From an uncultured bacterium (GTDB lineage Bacteria; Hydrothermota; UBA3073; NMUJ01; CBEVQO01), in contig CBEVQO010000002.1 of the NCBI GenBank assembly GCA_965552055.1, positions 64,001 through 128,000 on the forward strand: 64,000 nt of DNA, read 5' to 3'. Numbering within the stretch: position 1 is the stretch's first letter; each line of letters opens with the position of its first letter. Below the pieces are notes generated by a model. It saw only the letters and a program-made list of their open reading frames with translations. It made no database searches and was not told where the DNA came from. The position numbers and the translations under genes were made by a program. Positions 59,716 to 64,000 of the stretch are shown in pieces.

Positions 59716-60402
59716 TTATAATGTTGTGAGGTCTAATTTTATTTTCAGTAAAATTTCTTTTTCTTTTCTTATGATGCATAGGAAACTCTTTTTCTCAATT
59801 GGGAAAGTTACCTCTTTTTCACCCACCGCTATGAGATTGGCATCTTCATACACCTCAAACACAAAATCTTTAATTTCTTCTTCCTTCTCTTTATCCTTAA
59901 CCTTTTCCACTATTAATTTTATTTTGCCATCTAAATTTACAAATTTTAAAGTTGCATCTACTTTTTTTGAAGTTACTTCATATATGCTTTCCCTAAGCGT
60001 TGCTGTCCTGTGCTTGTGAGGTCCTCCTCGCAGTGCACGACGCCTTGCCTTCATTCTAACCTTTGCGGAAATGTTCCATAGATTAACAATGTTTAAAAAA
60101 TATGCTCCACGGCGTGTTATTAAAAAGGCAATCACAGGTAGTTTCGCAAGATTCTTTATCCTTTCTTTTTCTTCAGCCGATAATTTCATTTCTTCATCCC
60201 AGCAAAAATCTATAACCCTCTGTAAACAATAATCGCAAACCTCAAGATGACTGATGAATTGCAGATGTTGATAAAGAGGAAGTTTTCCTTTTAAAAATTT
60301 CACAATATAATCATCATCGTATTTATCACATTTTCTGGATAATGCCCTTTCTCTGTAAACAGAAGATAGCCATTGGAGTGCCTTTTCGAACTCGTCCTTC
60401 AT
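59716..60402 (-). CDS. zf-HC2 (ZAS-type) anti-sigma factor, paralogue of 48279-48941
   Basis: C...IVKFLKGKL.....FISHLEVCDYC; shared C-terminal motifs KDKE, NLIA and IRKEK. Confidence 0.8.
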   Translation of the reverse strand: MKDEFEKALQWLSSVYRERALSRKCDKYDDDYIVKFLKGKLPLYQHLQFISHLEVCDYCLQRVIDFCWDEEMKLSAEEKERIKNLAKLPVIAFLITRRGAYFLNIVNLWNISAKVRMKARRRALRGGPHKHRTATLRESIYEVTSKKVDATLKFVNLDGKIKLIVEKVKDKEKEEEIKDFVFEVYEDANLIAVGEKEVTFPIEKKSFLCIIRKEKEILLKIKLDLTTL

Positions 60403-61079
60403 CCTATCTCCTTTTCAACTTCTTTCCATAATTTCTCCAATTCTTTTTTGATGTCGGTGAGAATCCTGCTCACATAATTTGGAGTTTTGTTGACTATGCG
60501 GGATATCCGGCGGGGAGGGAGACCCTCCCCTTCTAAATAACTTTGAATCCATACCCTCGCTATGAACTTCTTTGCGCCACGAAGCTTCTGCAGGTAGGCG
60601 TCAACTTTTGTTCGAAAGAGTTTCAGTTTCTTTTCAAATCTTTTTTCTTCCTCTTCCTGTATTATCTCACCTTCAAGGTCATCCGTTACTTTTGAAGAGA
60701 TTAAAGATTCTACATCACTATCTTCGTCTTTTGCTAAATCAGTAAATGGTATTATCTGTGGTTCTTTCTTTTCTTTACGAAGCTGGTTCATAAGCCAGTA
60801 TTTGAAGCATTTATTACTCCATGCGAGAAATGAGCCTTTTTCTGGATTGAATTTTTTAATTTGTTTTCCCATAATGAGATAATAGTACAAGAATCTACAA
60901 ACGAATTCTTCGATTTTTGTGGAAGAAAAGTAAATGTTCTTTGAGATAAGCAATCGCTTGCATCTTTTCCAGAACAGCTCTATTACTTTTTCGATATCAC
61001 CAAACATTTTGGCACAAGATTCATCTTTACACCTATAACATTCCATTGCGTATTTTTTGATTATAATGTCTTTCACCAA
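60399..61079 (-). CDS. ECF-like sigma-70 family factor, paralogue of 48931-49833
   Basis: KKFNPEKGSFLAW (region 2); RISRIVNKTPNYVSRILTDIKKEL (region 4 HTH). Confidence 0.7.
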   Translation of the reverse strand: MVKDIIIKKYAMECYRCKDESCAKMFGDIEKVIELFWKRCKRLLISKNIYFSSTKIEEFVCRFLYYYLIMGKQIKKFNPEKGSFLAWSNKCFKYWLMNQLRKEKKEPQIIPFTDLAKDEDSDVESLISSKVTDDLEGEIIQEEEEKRFEKKLKLFRTKVDAYLQKLRGAKKFIARVWIQSYLEGEGLPPRRISRIVNKTPNYVSRILTDIKKELEKLWKEVEKEIG

Positions 61080-62264
61080 TCATTTTATACCCGCTGTGGA
61101 TATGTCAAGCAATTTTTCGTCTATCTCGAATCCAAGATGATTTCTCATTCTGTATTTTTTGATGACATTTTCGCCCCTCTTTAACCCATAAAGGTCTGCC
61201 AGTGTCCATCTTTCTTTATATTTGAGGAATTTTATTTTGTCTTCGCATCCCCAGTATTCGAGCAATTTTTTCGCTTCATCCTGAGTATGGGGACGCAATT
61301 CAATAGCTGCAAATGTCCTGCCTGCTCTCATAAATGCAGGGTCTATCTCCCTTTCGATATTGGTGGTTATTATGATGCGTGAAGGTATCTGCACTATTCC
61401 GCCTGTCAGTGAAAGGAGGTCACCTGTAACATCAATCCCTGTTTCTTTGCGTGGCTTTACAAATTTATCGAGGTCATCGAGCAAAATTATCATACCATCT
61501 GCTACTTCTTCAAGGAAAGATAAAGATTTCAAAACAGGTTCCTGACGCACCACGAGCAATTCGTTTTTGCCTGCGAATCTGCAAACATGATGCGCAAACC
61601 AGCTTTTGCCAGTGCCACATTCACCAAACAGGAAAAGAACAATCTCATTCGAATTAAGATAATCCTCTATAAACTGCTTTACATCACCATATTTTTCTTT
61701 AATGACAGGATATTTGAGATTCAGCTCTTCTGGTTCATCACAATGCACATATTGTTTGAACCATAATGATTTGGGCTCTCCGAAATCTCGCTCTACAACC
61801 ATAATTTTCACATTTATTCTTATGTATTTGGGTTTGACTTTATCCTTAACTTTGTATTTTTTTAGCCATTTTTCAATTTTCTTTCCAAAGATTTCTTCTG
61901 CTTCTTTACTGCAGAAAAATGCAAAGATATCAACAATTGCTACTTTGTTTTCCGCAACTTCCATTCTGAAGAAACAATTAGCAAATCCTTTAAGAGAAGG
62001 AAATGTCACCATAACATCGTAACCTCGACCTTTATTTACTATTATTTCCCTTTCTTTATCCAGTTTCTTCATCTCCTCATCGAATTCTTTAAAGAATTTC
62101 TCTTCGGAACATGATACCATCATTGAGATTCTTCTCGTAAATAAGTTCTTGTTTGCGTCAAGGAGTTTCAACAGCTTTATCACTCTGTACTGTCTTAAAA
62201 AGCTATTTACAGGCTCAATATCGTCTATATCTAAATTTATCTGAAATTTATCTTTTAGAGTCAT
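61080..62264 (-). CDS. AAA+ ATPase
   Basis: GECGTGKS, LLDDLD, ITTN and IDPAFMRAGR motifs. Confidence 0.88.
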   Translation of the reverse strand: MTLKDKFQINLDIDDIEPVNSFLRQYRVIKLLKLLDANKNLFTRRISMMVSCSEEKFFKEFDEEMKKLDKEREIIVNKGRGYDVMVTFPSLKGFANCFFRMEVAENKVAIVDIFAFFCSKEAEEIFGKKIEKWLKKYKVKDKVKPKYIRINVKIMVVERDFGEPKSLWFKQYVHCDEPEELNLKYPVIKEKYGDVKQFIEDYLNSNEIVLFLFGECGTGKSWFAHHVCRFAGKNELLVVRQEPVLKSLSFLEEVADGMIILLDDLDKFVKPRKETGIDVTGDLLSLTGGIVQIPSRIIITTNIEREIDPAFMRAGRTFAAIELRPHTQDEAKKLLEYWGCEDKIKFLKYKERWTLADLYGLKRGENVIKKYRMRNHLGFEIDEKLLDISTAGIK

Positions 62265-62285
62265 AACCCCTCCTTTTAACTTAAA

Positions 62286-62864
62286 TCACACAATATTTAA
62301 CCTTAACAAATAGTAATAATCTCCTATTATGCTTAAGCATAAAGCAAATGTATTGATATCATCGGTATCCTTTCCGAACAACTTTGACATAAGTTTAGAA
62401 ATTTCTCTATAATTATATATTTTCTTACCGCGCTTGAAATTATAAATTTCATTCAATTTAACATGTGTAAAAATTGTTTTCTTTGTTAGGATATTCATTA
62501 CAGTTTTAGTTATCCCTGAATGAGTGATTTCAAAATGATATAATTCGTTTTTCTTTTCATCGATATAATAATCGGTAGCGGCTTTTGCAGGCCAGATGAT
62601 AATTGTATTCGTTATCGTTTTTATGATATTTATTCTGGAAACAATGTATTTGAATATCCTTCTTGATAAAATCAATTGGGAGAAACTTCTTACAGGGAGT
62701 ATCCATACGATGACACCTTCTATATTTCCCGAGATTTTATTCTTTTTAAGATAAATTTTGTAATCTTTTTTCATCAGCGGTAGAATCAGAAAATAAAGTA
62801 TTCTTATGAGAACTGTCTCCACAGCTTTAAACAAGTTTGCCATTATAATGTTTTTTAACTTCAT
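62286..62864 (-). CDS. Hypothetical protein
   Basis: AAGGAGGGTG RBS; 192-aa ORF. Confidence 0.65.
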   Translation of the reverse strand: MKLKNIIMANLFKAVETVLIRILYFLILPLMKKDYKIYLKKNKISGNIEGVIVWILPVRSFSQLILSRRIFKYIVSRINIIKTITNTIIIWPAKAATDYYIDEKKNELYHFEITHSGITKTVMNILTKKTIFTHVKLNEIYNFKRGKKIYNYREISKLMSKLFGKDTDDINTFALCLSIIGDYYYLLRLNIV

Positions 62865-62879
62865 TTCACCCTCCTTTTA

Positions 62880-62906
62880 TTGCCCGCCCCGATGGGGCAA
62901 GATTTA
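62880..62906. repeat. Short intergenic hairpin repeat, copy 1 (TTGCCC-GCCCCGATG-GGGCAA)
   Basis: Related to the two copies further right. Confidence 0.65.
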
Positions 62907-62917
62907 AATTCTATAAC

Positions 62918-63142
62918 TTATGCACTTTTCTTATTGATTTTTGCTGCAATAGAAGCGAGCATCGCTATTATCACACCAGGTAAGGAAAATAAGAGCATCC
63001 AGAGTGCTTTACCATAATCGTACACAGCATCGGCTACTCCTTTTCCTCCGTAGGGAATATGTACTGCCTCCGAATAAAATGCAATAGAAATTATAAGACA
63101 AATAGCGAACCATATCCAACCAATGACACTTAATGCTCTCAT
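62918..63142 (-). CDS. Small membrane protein with two TM helices
   Basis: Two hydrophobic segments; AAGGAGGGGG RBS. Confidence 0.7.
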   Translation of the reverse strand: MRALSVIGWIWFAICLIISIAFYSEAVHIPYGGKGVADAVYDYGKALWMLLFSLPGVIIAMLASIAAKINKKSA

Positions 63143-63169
63143 CTCCCCCTCCTTCTTATTATTTTAACG

Positions 63170-63193
63170 CCCCATCGGAGCAGGCAAAATTTA
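63170..63193. repeat. Short intergenic repeat, copy 2 (CCCCATCGGAGCAGGCAAAATTTA)
   Basis: Identical to 63755-63778. Confidence 0.85.
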
Positions 63194-63742
63194 TCGTAAA
63201 CATTCAAATGAACTCAAAACTTTTTTAATAAGTTTTTCCATCTCACCGCCTACCGCCTGATGAAGATAATCTGTATTAATCGTCCACCAGACATTATATA
63301 TTGCAAAAGGTTCAAAATGCAGATAATAAAATCGTGAATATAAACCAAAAGGATGCAATGTCACCACTAAATGCCATTTCCTATCTTTACTGTCATAAAT
63401 ATAAGAGCGACCTTGAATTATCCAGCCTTCTATTTTATCGCCAATGCATGCTGCTGCAAGATATTCGGATATAGACTTTTCATCCCATCTTTGTGGTGAT
63501 GGAAATGAAATTATTCCAATGCATAATCCATACCTGACAGGTGTTTCATAGTCGCCTACTTTAGCACTATAAACAGTGCCATACGCACCCATGTCAACAG
63601 TGCGTTCTGTTTTTACATAAAAGTCAGGAACCTTTACTTTGAATAAGCCACTCGGATGACGATACCATTTCATATCCACACAGAATGCTCCACTTCCGTC
63701 TACAATAAAAATCATAAACAATACTATTTTTAAATACTTCAT
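63191..63742 (-). CDS. Secreted hypothetical protein
   Basis: Start at MKYLKIVLF after AAGGAGGGGG; signal-peptide-like N-terminus. Confidence 0.7.
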   Translation of the reverse strand: MKYLKIVLFMIFIVDGSGAFCVDMKWYRHPSGLFKVKVPDFYVKTERTVDMGAYGTVYSAKVGDYETPVRYGLCIGIISFPSPQRWDEKSISEYLAAACIGDKIEGWIIQGRSYIYDSKDRKWHLVVTLHPFGLYSRFYYLHFEPFAIYNVWWTINTDYLHQAVGGEMEKLIKKVLSSFECLR

Positions 63743-63754
63743 AACCCCCTCCTT

Positions 63755-63778
63755 CCCCATCGGAGCAGGCAAAATTTA
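63755..63778. repeat. Short intergenic repeat, copy 3
   Basis: Identical to 63170-63193. Confidence 0.85.
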
Positions 63779-64000
63779 CTTTCGATTTTCAAAGAGCTCT
63801 CTCAATTATTTATTACTTCTTTCATGTATTTTCTTACACAAATTTTTTAATGAGTTCATCTTTGTATGCATCTGTCATTTCTTCTCGCTCTCTTGCTCTC
63901 ATTTTTTCATTATATTCTTTAACTGCTTCTTTTATCCTTCTGCGTAAGTTCTCCGGACTCGAAGCATAACCCAGTATTTTATTGAACTGAGAAAGAATAT
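63776..64000 (-). pseudogene. Possible disrupted 3' end of a gene entering from the right edge
   Basis: Protein-like text switches frame near 63895 and has an in-frame TAA before the TAA at 63776 inside the repeat. Confidence 0.3.

Noticed and set aside
381..62022. Numerous short antisense ORFs in the track (e.g. 381-836, 20003-20476, 22628-23137, 58786-59496)
   Set aside because: Shadows of well-supported opposite-strand genes, with no RBS or motifs
48260..63756. Strong AAGGAGGGG SD as an island-specific signature
   Set aside because: The same type of SD occurs before non-island genes (3824, 21113, 25132)
62880..63778. Canonical integron attC sites
   Set aside because: Too short, no RYYYAAC/GTTRRRY ends and no integrase seen; kept only as a cassette-like repeat
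42800..64000. Prophage or integrative element
   Set aside because: No integrase, terminase, capsid or conjugation genes and no att sites recognised within the window
1..64000. tRNA, rRNA or known riboswitch genes
   Set aside because: No intergenic segment showed a recognisable cloverleaf or conserved RNA motif by eye; a covariance-model scan was not possible

Overview
AT-rich, gene-dense bacterial DNA with almost all genes on the minus strand. Lipoproteins, hldD, TonB and T9SS-like C-terminal domains point to a diderm organism. Lys/Glu-rich proteins and several archaeal-type families suggest a thermophile, perhaps a WOR-3/FCB-adjacent lineage (inference). Bases 1-42.8 kb are mostly housekeeping and envelope genes (aldehyde dehydrogenase, tldD/pmbA, miaA, hldD, rnhC, sat, nth, LarA-family, rmuC, secreted modular proteins). 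They are interrupted by four copies of a modular non-coding element ending in a G-quadruplex-like motif next to stop codons, and by a 370-bp-period array of four PaREP1/HEPN-like paralogues. Bases 42.8-64 kb form an accessory, probably defence or signalling, island. It has two paralogous modules (Cys-motif ECF-like sigma + zf-HC2 anti-sigma ... RecD-like helicase), a large LRR protein with hypervariable positions, an AGOG-like glycosylase, a GIY-YIG-like nuclease, a ClpX-like ATPase, an AAA ATPase and a CHAT-TPR protease with an intact catalytic dyad. At least 12 putative promoters share an unusual TTGACW-N15-TAWWWW spacing, many apparently leaderless. All calls come from motif recognition by eye; no searches were run. 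No rRNA, tRNA, CRISPR array, integrase or transposase was seen.
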